The notes: a model not told the origin generated them from the letters alone. A stretch of DNA of 64,000 nt from an uncultured bacterium (GCA_943788175.1 CALSPG010000001.1:224001-288000); one strand, 5' to 3'; positions 21,841 through 31,341 are shown, counted from the stretch's first letter. Translations and numbers: made by a program.

Positions 21841-23013
21841 ATGAAATTTTTTAATTTAATTACATTTATAGTTTTAAGTGTCATGTCATTTTCTTCGTGC
21901 GATAAATCGTTAAAACTATCAAAAATAAAAATGGTGCTAACTGGGAGTGTTCATGGCCAGTTAGATCCTTGTGGCTGAAAGAAAAATCCTCTAGGCGGTC
22001 TGTCTAGAAAATTAATGGTATTAAAAGATATGCGTAAGAATGGTGAAAGCCCTCTAGTTCTTGATGCCGGCGATATGTTCTTTAGTAAAACTAGCATTAA
22101 CATTAATAATATTAAATCAGAGCAGCATAGGTGCGAAACTATGTTAAAAGGCTACGAGAAAATTGGCATTGACGCTCAAAATGTTGGTAAGTATGAACTT
22201 TTAGCTGGGTTATTATATCTGAAAAAAATGGAGAAAAAGTTCAGTAATATTCCATTTATTTCTGCAAATATAAAAAGTGCTGCGACAGGCGAGTTATTAT
22301 TTAAGCCATACCGTGTCGTAAGTAAAGATGGTCTTAACATAGGTGTTTTGGGTTTAACTAATATGGTTCCTGATACGATGCGCTCTGTTGTCATGGATGA
22401 CTACATAAATACAGGAATTAAATACATTAAAGAATTGAAAAATAAAGTTGACCTTATTGTTTTGCTTGTTAATGCAGATAGAACTTCCCAGGCTTCTTTA
22501 TCAAAACATTTTAGCGATGCGGATTTTATTTTTACAAGCGGTAGTACTCATAGAACTAGCTCATCAATGACTCAAAATAAGAATGGTCCTTTTTTATATT
22601 CTAATGGAAAACAAGGTAAATACCTATCGATAATTGATCTTGAGATTAAAAATGTCAAGGGACCCATTGCTGATCTTTCAGCTCCAGAACAAAAAGTAAA
22701 ACAACTTAATAATAGGCTGAAAAGATTGCAGAAAAAAGATCCAAATAGTTCTCTTGAAAAAATTTATGCTGGTAAAGATAATATCTTAAACCTAATCAAA
22801 CGCTATAAAAACGACCTTAAAACAGCAGAAACTGCTATTGAAAATGCTTCAAATAAAATGAGATACACTAGTTTCGCGTTAAATAGAAAAATAAAAGATG
22901 ACCCTGAAATGTTAACAATGGTTAATCTTGCTGTCGAAAAATGTAAATCGTTAGAATTGAATAATAATAGTTTTGAAAAAAGTAATTCTCACGGGCACAA
23001 CCATAGCCATTAA
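21841..23013 (+). CDS. UshA/5'-nucleotidase-like lipoprotein selenoprotein (Sec46, C-G-U motif), 390 aa
   Basis: ATG 21841, lipoprotein signal (...MSFSSC), TGSVHGQLDPCG-TGA(21976)-KKNPLGGLSRK in frame with ORF 22015 (VLDAGD, PFISANI, IGVLGLT, GKQGKYL); SECIS-like hairpin follows the TGA. Confidence 0.88.
21990..22008 (+). promoter_or_regulatory. bacterial SECIS element
   Basis: TCTAGGC-GGTCT-GTCTAGA: 7-bp stem (one G-U) with a G-initiated loop, starting after an 11-nt spacer from the in-frame TGA; GGUCUG matches the apical sequence of the E. coli fdhF SECIS. Confidence 0.8.
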
Positions 23014-23057
23014 TTTTTTTAAAAGGTTTAATATTATCAAATTTTAATTTTGAATTA

Positions 23058-23543
23058 ATGAACTATTCTAACTCGATCCACCAAGTAGGTATCTTCATAT
23101 TTATATCTTTAATTTTTAGTATTTCTACTAATTTTTTCCGATCTGATTCTATTGATTATATCTCAAAAGGATTTGATAAAGTTGAATCTTTAGATGATTT
23201 AAATTTAAATAGTGAAGAGGGTATTAAAGAGGTTAGTTTAAAAATTGCTCAGGATTTGTTCAAAAAGGAGACACTTTTTATTGATGCTAGAGCTAAAGAA
23301 TATTACCTTGAGGGACATATCCCTGGTGCAATTTGTTTTGATGATTTTGATTCTCTTTCAAATGAAATTGATAATAGGATCCAAAATAATGAATTTTTTG
23401 TAGTTTACTGTAGTGACGATGACTGTGGTTCAAGCGAAGAACTTTCATATCAGTTGCTTGACGAGGGCTTTACAAGTATTTATTTATTTCGAGGCGGTTG
23501 GAAGCTGTGGATAGATAATAAAATGCCTATTGAAAAACCATGA
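23058..23543 (+). CDS. membrane-anchored rhodanese-like domain protein
   Basis: N-terminal TM; LFIDARAKEYYLEGHIPGA, VVYCSDDDCGSS active-site loop, FRGGWKLW. Confidence 0.9.
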   Translation: MNYSNSIHQVGIFIFISLIFSISTNFFRSDSIDYISKGFDKVESLDDLNLNSEEGIKEVSLKIAQDLFKKETLFIDARAKEYYLEGHIPGAICFDDFDSLSNEIDNRIQNNEFFVVYCSDDDCGSSEELSYQLLDEGFTSIYLFRGGWKLWIDNKMPIEKP

Positions 23544-23991
23544 ATTACTTAAAAAGTTATTCTATATTAATATTAAGAATTATTGTTGGCTCGGTTTTCT
23601 TATGGGCTAGTCTAAGCAAGATCATAGATCCTTCAAAGTTTGCTAGAGAAATTTCAAATTATCATGTTATGCCATTTGGTTTGGAGAATACGTTGCTATC
23701 TTTTTACCATGGTTAGAGTTTTTTATTGGCTCTGCACTCATTCTTGGAATTATGGTTGATGGTTCGGTAATCATATGTGCATCTTTATTAATTATGTTTA
23801 ATTTGCTTGTAGCTCAAGCAATGGTTCGAGGTTTTAACATAGAGTGTGGATGTGGCTTAAAAGAGGGTGAGCTAGTTGGTTTTCAAAAGCTATTTGAAAA
23901 CTTTACCTTTCTAGGATTCTGTGTTTTGATTTATTTTAGAAAAAATAAATTTTTGGAAATATTTCCAAAAACAGAATTGTCTGATAAATAA
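23540..23991 (+). CDS. MauE/DoxX family membrane protein, frameshift near 23690
   Basis: ATGA overlap with the rhodanese; LRIIVGSVFLWASLSKIIDP, then VAIFLPWLE and RGFNIECGCG in the second frame. Confidence 0.85.
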
Positions 23992-24013
23992 CATAGATGT
24001 AAATTTATATCAT

Positions 24014-24086
24014 GCGAGAGTAGCTCAGCTGGTAGAGCATCACCTTGCCAACGTGGATGTCGCGAGTTCGAATCTCGTCTCTCGCT
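24014..24086 (+). tRNA. tRNA-Gly (GCC), CCA not encoded
   Basis: GCGAGAG/CTCTCGC acceptor stem, TAGCTCAGCTGGTAGAGC D arm, TTGCCAA anticodon loop, GTTCGAATC T loop, U discriminator. Confidence 0.92.
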
Positions 24087-24092
24087 CGCGAT

Positions 24093-24129
24093 AATAGCCT
24101 TACCTGATTTTTTCATGTAAGGCTATTTT
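24093..24129 (+). terminator. intrinsic terminator after tRNA-Gly
   Basis: AATAGCCTTAC...GTAAGGCTATT inverted repeat ending in a short T run. Confidence 0.65.
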
Positions 24130-24326
24130 GATTACAGTTAAGTATTTGTTATCTATTTTTTTGATTTTTATACTTTTCGTATTGATGATATGGATTATTT
24201 AGGTAAATTATTCTAAGCTTTCTTTGCTATCTATGTGTTTTAGTTAACATTAGCTTGTCCTAATCAACTATGTATTACATCGTGTATAGCATCTGTGCTC
24301 TTAAAATATTATAGGTTATTAACCAT

Positions 24327-25061
24327 TTGAAGATAATATATATTATAATTTTTTCTTTTTTAGGGAATTGCTTGTTTTCTCAAACGTGTTCTCTTGATGG
24401 TAAGAGTGTTGTCCCCGTCAGCTCAACAGAGATAGTTAATAATGAATCCTTAGCTCTTTACAGGTGCTCTAATGGTCACCAGATGTGGTTAGCCAATCCT
24501 GAAACTAAGGTTAGCAATGAATCTATTAATTGAATCTATTGGTTCAGATAATAAGATCTATTGCTCCCATAAAATAGGCAGGTAGCTAAAGTATAAGGTT
24601 AGTGATTCAGAATTGCGAGTTTCTAACCCTGACAGTTTCTAAAGGCTTTTCTAAGCAAAGCTATTGATTCTCAAAATATAAATACCAAAACTATTATCTG
24701 ATAACTTAAATGTGGCTCCTAAAAATAAAAATGTTGATTCTCTCAGGTTTTACCGCTGTTAAAAAAAGAGAGACTATGTCTAAAAAGGAATCTCAGAGAT
24801 TCAAAATTTTCAAGTTCTTTAAATATTCAAAAATTTGGGCTTGAAACACTTTTGCACAAAAAAATTGAAAGTGACAGGCAGTTTTCTGAGAAACTTGATA
24901 ATGAAAAGTCTGAACTACTCCACTTGATGTATACTCAAAAAAAGTTATTTGATAAAATAGATGATAATAGATTTTCTTTTAAAAAATACCCTATTTTTTC
25001 ATATTCCAACATGTTGTATATTGCTATATCTATTGCATTTACATCGTATTTAATTTTTTAA
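24327..25061 (+). pseudogene. fragmented gene for an exported protein with an N-terminal Cys/His motif and a C-terminal TM anchor
   Basis: Signal peptide plus CSLDG...YRCSNGH fragment (24327..24533), coding-like but broken middle, and C-terminal hydrophobic fragment (24852..25061). Confidence 0.45.
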
Positions 25062-25122
25062 ATTTTAATAATGGCTCCTCCTGGAGCAATTTTTTATATT
25101 TAGACATATAATATCAATTCAT

Positions 25123-26750
25123 ATGTCACAATTTAATAAAAATACTTTTTTGTTTTTTCTTTCTCTCCTATTTGTGTTTACAAATTTATATGCTGTTAAT
25201 AAAATTTCTGTTTCAGGGATAGTGGAAGACGTGAATGGCGTGTTGCTTTCAGACGTGTTAATAACTTTAAGTAGGCAAAACAACAGCGCTGTTTCAAATC
25301 GATTCGGTGAGTTTGACCTTGGGCGTATTTCTTCCCAAACGATACAATGTATGTAATGTGTATAGCTGGTTTTCAAAAAAAAGAATTCATGCCTTCATAA
25401 CTAGTATGAAAATAAAGCTATTTCCTAAATCTATTATTCAAGAAAAAATAAATAACGTAAGAAATGGCCAGACGCTGATTATTCCGCCTGGTATTCATTT
25501 TCTTTATCCGGATTTTAATGTGGATAGTACTTTTGGTCTAATTATTAGTAACAAATCAAACGTTACAATCCAAGGATCCGAAAATTCAGAGATAAGATTG
25601 TTGAAAAAGAACGCGGATATTTTTCGTATTTTTAAATCAAATAATATTAATATAAAAAATCTAATTATTAGTTACGATGATTTAGATAAAAGGACAAAGA
25701 ATTTTAATATTTCTAGAAGTCAAGCTGTTGATTTTCCTGATGCTTTAAACTTGGCGAAAAATCATGTATGGTGAAAACTCGGTTTTTAAATATGACGGTA
25801 GTCTTCACCATACAAAAGGTTTTAAAGAACCTTTTATTGAACATCATTTAGCGAATGTCGTCAATATCGTGAATTCAACAAATATAACTTTCGATAGCGT
25901 AACTTTTAGTGCTCATGGGAAAATATGCCTAGCCGGACAAAACTCACGAAATATTTCTATTAATAATTCTGTATTAAATGATGGTATTTATGGAACAGTA
26001 TTAAAAAATTGTCAAAACGTTAGCATTTCAACAATCTCTTATTATCGGATAATGCAGAGTTATATTATTACAATAATAGTACATTGAATTACGTTGATAA
26101 TAAAATTAAAATTTTAGGGTACCATGTTCCAGAACTTATTTTTGTCGAAGGTGGTTCTATAGAGATGCTAGATGAAACTATTATTCCACCACCAAAACCC
26201 ACTTATCTTAGCTCTGAAAGTTTTAAAATGAGTAAGAAAGAAATTACGTTTGATCAATATGACTCTTTTTGTATGGCTACAGATAAGGGTTTGCCCGATG
26301 ACAGTGAGTGGGGCCGTGGGACTAGGCCTGTTATAAACATATCTTATGATGATGCTGAATTGTATTGCAAATGGTTAAGTGACCTTACGGGAAAGAAGTT
26401 CAGGCTACCCAATGTTACTGAATGGGAATTTGCTGCTAGAGGTGGTTTAAAAGGCGGTGATGATTATGCGTATAGCGGCAATAGTTTGTTGGAGCCAGTA
26501 GCTTGGTGTAAATACAATACAAATGGAATGACAGAGCCGGTTGGTTTAAAAATTCCCAATGAACTAGGGTTGTTTGATATGTCTGGAAATGTATTTGAAT
26601 ATTGTAGTTCAACAAATGACAGCATGATTGTTCTGAAAGGTGGATCTTGGGCAAATAGTGGAGTTGGTTGTAGAGTTGCTGACGAAGTTGTAAGCAGTAT
26701 ACACCATTGGGATGATAATATTGGCTTTCAGAATAGTTCAAGGAGACTAG
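25123..26750 (+). CDS. secreted multidomain protein: carboxypeptidase-regulatory-like + beta-helix + FGE/SUMF1 domain; at least 4 frameshifts
   Basis: VSGIVEDVNG..SNRFGEF; ISNKSNVTIQG / IVNSTNITF beta-helix rungs; EITFDQY, RPVINISYDDA, RLPNVTEWEFAARGG, NELGLFDMSGNVFE, KGGSW; removing one T near 26727 gives the canonical IGFRIV ending, stop at 26748-26750. Confidence 0.7.
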
Positions 26751-26752
26751 GC

Positions 26753-27424
26753 ATTAGAAATCTAATTATAATTGTTCTAATTAAGCTTTTGTTATTAATT
26801 GATTGTCTTCAAGCAAATCTTCCATTAGGATTTGTATACCTTGATTCAATTATCCCAACAGTAAAAATTGATTTAAAGTACTTCGGTAAAGAGAATTTTA
26901 CAGGTACTAATATTAATGGATATGATTCAAATAGGTGTATTATATCAAAAGACGCTGCTTTTGCATTAAAAAATGTACAAAGTGATTTAGGTCACTTTAA
27001 CTATGGTTTGAAGGTTTTTGACGCATATAGGCCACAAAGAGCAGTTGACCATTTTGTAAAATGGGCTAGAAATAATAATCAAAAAATGAAAAGTGTTCAT
27101 TATCCAAATGTGAATAAGAAAAATTTATTTAAGGAAGGATATATTGCTTCTAAGTCAGGTCATTCAAGGGGTAGCACGGTAGATTTAACTATAATTGATT
27201 TTGAAACAGGGTTAGAACTAGATATGGGTACATGTTACGATTTTTTTGGTGAAGAATCATGGATCACATTTGAGAATATCAATGTAGTTCAAAAACAAAA
27301 CCGCCTACTTCTTCAATCGGTTATGAAAAAATATGGTTTTAAGCCTTTAAAGGCCGAATGGTGGCATTTTACGTTACATATTGAGCCTTTTCCCAATAAA
27401 TATTTTAATTTTAAGATTATTTAA
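26753..27424 (+). CDS. ddpX: D-Ala-D-Ala dipeptidase (M15/VanX family), exported; start codon uncertain
   Basis: DLKYF..ENFTG, LKVFDAYRP, SGHSRGSTVDLT, EWWHF; hydrophobic signal; AGGAG 7 nt before the in-frame ATT at 26753. Confidence 0.85.
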   Translation: MRNLIIIVLIKLLLLIDCLQANLPLGFVYLDSIIPTVKIDLKYFGKENFTGTNINGYDSNRCIISKDAAFALKNVQSDLGHFNYGLKVFDAYRPQRAVDHFVKWARNNNQKMKSVHYPNVNKKNLFKEGYIASKSGHSRGSTVDLTIIDFETGLELDMGTCYDFFGEESWITFENINVVQKQNRLLLQSVMKKYGFKPLKAEWWHFTLHIEPFPNKYFNFKII

Positions 27425-27429
27425 AAATA

Positions 27430-28785
27430 ATGGTTCGATATAAAAAGATTGCTGTTATTTTATGTTTAGTTTCTCTTTCAATTGCAGAAGATATCAAACC
27501 TAGTTACGAGCAAACTTCAATTAAAATTATTAATTCTCTTAAATCAGATAGTGTTGGTTATAATAGATTATCTTATCTTTGTGATATGTTTGGTCCAAGG
27601 CTTAGTGGTTCAAAAAATCTTGAAAAAGCAATCGACTGGATTATAAAGGAAATGAAACTCGATGGATTATCTAATGTAAAAGGTGAAAGAGTAAAAGTAC
27701 CTACTTGGATAAGAGGGGAGGAATCATTGCAAATTCTGGTTCCGTATATAAAAGATTTAAAAATTCTTGGAATAGGTGGTAGTGTTGGTACACCTAAGGC
27801 TGGAATTAGTGGAGAAGTTTTAGTACTAAATAGTTTTGATGAACTGGAAGAAGTAAAGTATAAAGCAAGGGGAAAAATTGTTTTATTTAATGTGCCTTTT
27901 ACTACTTACGGTGAAACGGTAAAGTACAGATATGATGCTCCTAGCAAAGCTGCAAAGTACGGTGCAAAAGCGACTTTAATTCGTTCTATAGGATCCTGGT
28001 CTATGAATACGCCGCATACTGGTACAATGGGAGAATATACTTATCACAAAAAAATTCCTCATGCTGCTATTACTTCTGAAGATGCAATGATGATATCTAG
28101 GATATCTAAAAGAGGACAAAAAGTAGTATTAAAATTAAATATGGATGGAAAATTTGTCGAAGATAGGTGGTCTAGAAATATCATTGCCGAACTTAAAGGT
28201 TCTACTTACCCGGAAGAAATAATTGTAGTTGGTGGGCATATTGATTCATGGGATGTTGGGCAAGGTGCACATGATGATGCTGGTGGTTGTGTGGCTGCTT
28301 GGCGTGCTGTTACGTTAATTAAAGAATTGGGATTAAAACCACGAAGAACTATCAGAATAGTCTTATGGACAAATGAAGAAAATGGTGGGAAGGGAAATGA
28401 AAATTATAAAAATGAACATTTATCTGAGTTAAATAATCACATACTTGCTATAGAATCTGATGGTGGTGTTTTTGCGCCTCGAGGTTTTGGTTTTACAGGA
28501 AGTGAAAAAGCTAGAGATTACATTCTAGATATTGCATCATTACTTGACCCAATTGGAGCTGGGACCATTACTAATTGGGGTAGAGCAGCAGACGTAGCGC
28601 CATTAAATGATAACGGTGTTCCAGTAATGTCTCTTAATGTTGATAATTCTAAATATTTTTGGTACCACCACACAAATGCTGATACTTTTGATAAAATTGA
28701 TTTTCGAGAATTTAATAACTGTATAGCTGCCATGGCGATAATGAGCTATGTTGTTTCTGATATGGAAAAAAAGTTGCCAAGGTAA
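27430..28785 (+). CDS. M28 family peptidase (carboxypeptidase Q-like, PA domain)
   Basis: FGPRLSGS, PHTG, GGHIDSWDVGQGAHDD, NEENG, ESDGG, YHHT. Confidence 0.92.
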   Translation: MVRYKKIAVILCLVSLSIAEDIKPSYEQTSIKIINSLKSDSVGYNRLSYLCDMFGPRLSGSKNLEKAIDWIIKEMKLDGLSNVKGERVKVPTWIRGEESLQILVPYIKDLKILGIGGSVGTPKAGISGEVLVLNSFDELEEVKYKARGKIVLFNVPFTTYGETVKYRYDAPSKAAKYGAKATLIRSIGSWSMNTPHTGTMGEYTYHKKIPHAAITSEDAMMISRISKRGQKVVLKLNMDGKFVEDRWSRNIIAELKGSTYPEEIIVVGGHIDSWDVGQGAHDDAGGCVAAWRAVTLIKELGLKPRRTIRIVLWTNEENGGKGNENYKNEHLSELNNHILAIESDGGVFAPRGFGFTGSEKARDYILDIASLLDPIGAGTITNWGRAADVAPLNDNGVPVMSLNVDNSKYFWYHHTNADTFDKIDFREFNNCIAAMAIMSYVVSDMEKKLPR

Positions 28786-28801
28786 ATTACAATTATAAGA
28801 T

Positions 28802-30934
28802 ATGTTTTATAAAAATACATACATAAGACTATTTCTATTAATTGTTATTATAATTCTACTCCATAAATATGCTCCAACTCCTTTAAAATACCCTAAAACC
28901 AATATGAATAATAATATCAGTGACAATTACCACGGTAAAGAGGTAAAAGATGAGTACAGGTGGTTAGAGGACGAAACCTCAGTACAAACTGATGCGTGGA
29001 TTCAAAAACAAAACGCGTTTACTGATAGATATATAAGAAAAATCCCCTTTCGTAAAAAGATTCAAAAAAGGCTTAAAGAACTTTGGAACTATCCAACCAT
29101 GAGTATGCCATTTATTAAAAATGATAAAATTTATTTTTACAAAAATAATGGCCTTCAAAATCAATCTATTTTATACGCGAAAACGAACATAGAAGATTCT
29201 GATACCTCAGCAAAAGTAATAATTGATCCTAATAAATTATCTAAAGATGGAACTGTAGCTCTTAGTGGTATATATTTTTCAAATGATAACAAATACCTTG
29301 GGTATTCAATCTCAAAATCTGGCTCAGATTGGAGAGAGTTTTTTATTAAAGATTTATCTTCAGGGAAAAATTTAAATGACCATCTGCAGTCGATTAAATT
29401 TAGTGGAATGTCCTGGGTCGATGATGGTTTTTATTATAATGCTTTTCCTCAACCAAAGGATGGTCGCGAATTATCTGAGATTAATCATAGTAGTAAAGTA
29501 TTTTTTCATAAATTAGGCACAAGTCAAGACGCAGATCGCTTGGTTTTTTCCGATTCTAAAAACCCAAAAATAAATAATTACCCATCAACAACAAAAGATG
29601 GTGGATTTTTAATTATTTATAGAACTAAAGGTACATACGGTAATAAACTATTAGTTAAAGACTTAAGAAATGAAGGCAGCGATTTTGTAAGTATTGTTAA
29701 TGATTTTAATTCTGATATAGATATTATTGACAATCTTGATGGTAAGCTTTTAGCTATTACAGATAGAAATGCACCTAGAAAGAAGGTTGTCTTAATAGAT
29801 CTAAAAAATCCAGAAGAAAATAACTGGGATACTATTATACCTCAAAATGATAATATCCTTACATCGGTTAACATAATAAACAATAAACTAGTTGCTCATT
29901 ATATGGTGGATGTCCTTTCTAGTTGGTTAATTCATGATTTGAAAGGTGAATTAATTCAAAAAGTAGAATTACCAGGGCCTGGAATATCTTATGGATTTGG
30001 TGGTAGTAAAGAACAATCTGTTTCTTGGTATATTTTTGAATCGTTGGTTCATCCTCCCACGGTTTTTATGTATGACTTTGATAAATTCAAATCAAATTTA
30101 TACTATGATTCAAAAGCTAAGTTCGACAAAGATAGATTTATCATGAAGCAAGAGTTTTATTTCTCGAAAGATGGTACAAGGGTTCCAATTTTTATTGCTT
30201 ACGAAAAAGATCTCGTTTTAAATGGTTTATCTCCTACTCTGCTATATGGTTATGGAGGATTTAATATATCTGAAAAGCCATATTTTAATAAAACAATTCC
30301 AGTTATACTTGAAAATGGAGGTGTATATGCTATCGCTTGTATTAGAGGAGGTGGAGAGTATGGTCAGGATTGGCATAGTCAGGGGATGCTAGAAAAAAAA
30401 CAAAATGTATTTGACGATTTTATTGCTGCGTCAGAGTTTTTAATCACTCAAGGTTTTACTTCACCTGATAGATTAGCAATAAGGGGCGGCTCAAATGGAG
30501 GAACATTAATCGGTGCTGTTCTTAATCAAAAACCTCACCTTTTTCGTGTTGCGTTTCCAGAAGTCGGTGTTATGGATATGCTAAGATATGAAAAGTTTAC
30601 GATAGGCTGGGCATGGGCTGTTGAATTTGGGTCTGTCGAAAATAAAAATAGTTTTGTGAACTTATTATCATATTCACCATTACATAATATCAAAAAGAAA
30701 TCATATCCTTCTGTTCTAATTTATACCGCTGACCATGATGACAGAGTTGTTCCTGCTCATTCATATAAATACGCAGCCAAGCTACAAAGTAATCAAATGA
30801 ATGATGTAGATCCAATTCTAATTAGGATAGGTACAAAAACTGGTCATGGTGCAGGTAAATCGACAGAAACAAAGATAAGAGAATATGCTGAAAAATGGGC
30901 TTTTATGTTTTATGAGATGGGAATAAAGTACTAA
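28802..30934 (+). CDS. prolyl oligopeptidase (S9A)
   Basis: DEYRWLE, YGYGGFN, GGSNGG nucleophile, DHDDRV, GHGAG. Confidence 0.95.
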   Translation: MFYKNTYIRLFLLIVIIILLHKYAPTPLKYPKTNMNNNISDNYHGKEVKDEYRWLEDETSVQTDAWIQKQNAFTDRYIRKIPFRKKIQKRLKELWNYPTMSMPFIKNDKIYFYKNNGLQNQSILYAKTNIEDSDTSAKVIIDPNKLSKDGTVALSGIYFSNDNKYLGYSISKSGSDWREFFIKDLSSGKNLNDHLQSIKFSGMSWVDDGFYYNAFPQPKDGRELSEINHSSKVFFHKLGTSQDADRLVFSDSKNPKINNYPSTTKDGGFLIIYRTKGTYGNKLLVKDLRNEGSDFVSIVNDFNSDIDIIDNLDGKLLAITDRNAPRKKVVLIDLKNPEENNWDTIIPQNDNILTSVNIINNKLVAHYMVDVLSSWLIHDLKGELIQKVELPGPGISYGFGGSKEQSVSWYIFESLVHPPTVFMYDFDKFKSNLYYDSKAKFDKDRFIMKQEFYFSKDGTRVPIFIAYEKDLVLNGLSPTLLYGYGGFNISEKPYFNKTIPVILENGGVYAIACIRGGGEYGQDWHSQGMLEKKQNVFDDFIAASEFLITQGFTSPDRLAIRGGSNGGTLIGAVLNQKPHLFRVAFPEVGVMDMLRYEKFTIGWAWAVEFGSVENKNSFVNLLSYSPLHNIKKKSYPSVLIYTADHDDRVVPAHSYKYAAKLQSNQMNDVDPILIRIGTKTGHGAGKSTETKIREYAEKWAFMFYEMGIKY

Positions 30935-31308
30935 GAAACAATCTTATCGATATCTTCCCTTATTAGGATTAATATTGCTGATTGAGGGACAATAAGGTAC
31001 CCTTTTTGTTCTATTTCAAGCTCTATCGCAGCTTTCCCTAGATAAAGGGCATAATCACCAATCTCTGCTTGAGTAGGAATATATTTAACATCGCTCTTAG
31101 AATCTTTCCATGGCTCATCAACAATATCATCAGGAGCCCCTAATGGTATACCAGGACCAACCTCAACAACAATGCCAGCTTTGACTTCTTGCTTTTCAAC
31201 AACACTAGGAGGGAGGTAAAGCCCCGCTGGAGAAGTCTTATCACCTTTGTCGGGTCGAATTAAAAGTCTGTCACCTACAACCAAGATTTGTTTATTCTTA
31301 CTTTTCAC
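30931..31308 (-). CDS. stand-alone GroES-family co-chaperone
   Basis: VVGDRLLIRP, AGLYLPP, GIVVEVGPG, YLIVPQSAIL; no groEL adjacent. Confidence 0.85.
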   Translation of the reverse strand: MKSKNKQILVVGDRLLIRPDKGDKTSPAGLYLPPSVVEKQEVKAGIVVEVGPGIPLGAPDDIVDEPWKDSKSDVKYIPTQAEIGDYALYLGKAAIELEIEQKGYLIVPQSAILILIREDIDKIVS

Positions 31309-31341
31309 TTGATAAACCCACTAAAGAATATTTTGTAAAGT

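Noticed and set aside
23931-24116. 61-aa minus-strand ORF
   Set aside because: It is the antisense of tRNA-Gly.
24014-25100. tRNA-anchored genomic island or prophage
   Set aside because: No integrase, no duplicated tRNA 3' end seen, and no phage genes.
26600-26750. FGE-type C-terminus as a diversity-generating retroelement target
   Set aside because: No reverse transcriptase and no second near-identical template repeat seen in the window.
26084-27424. Apparent FGE-sulfatase / D-Ala-D-Ala dipeptidase fusion in the ORF track
   Set aside because: One extra T near 26727 explains it. Correction gives the canonical IGFRIV end with a stop at 26750, and ddpX has its own RBS and signal peptide.
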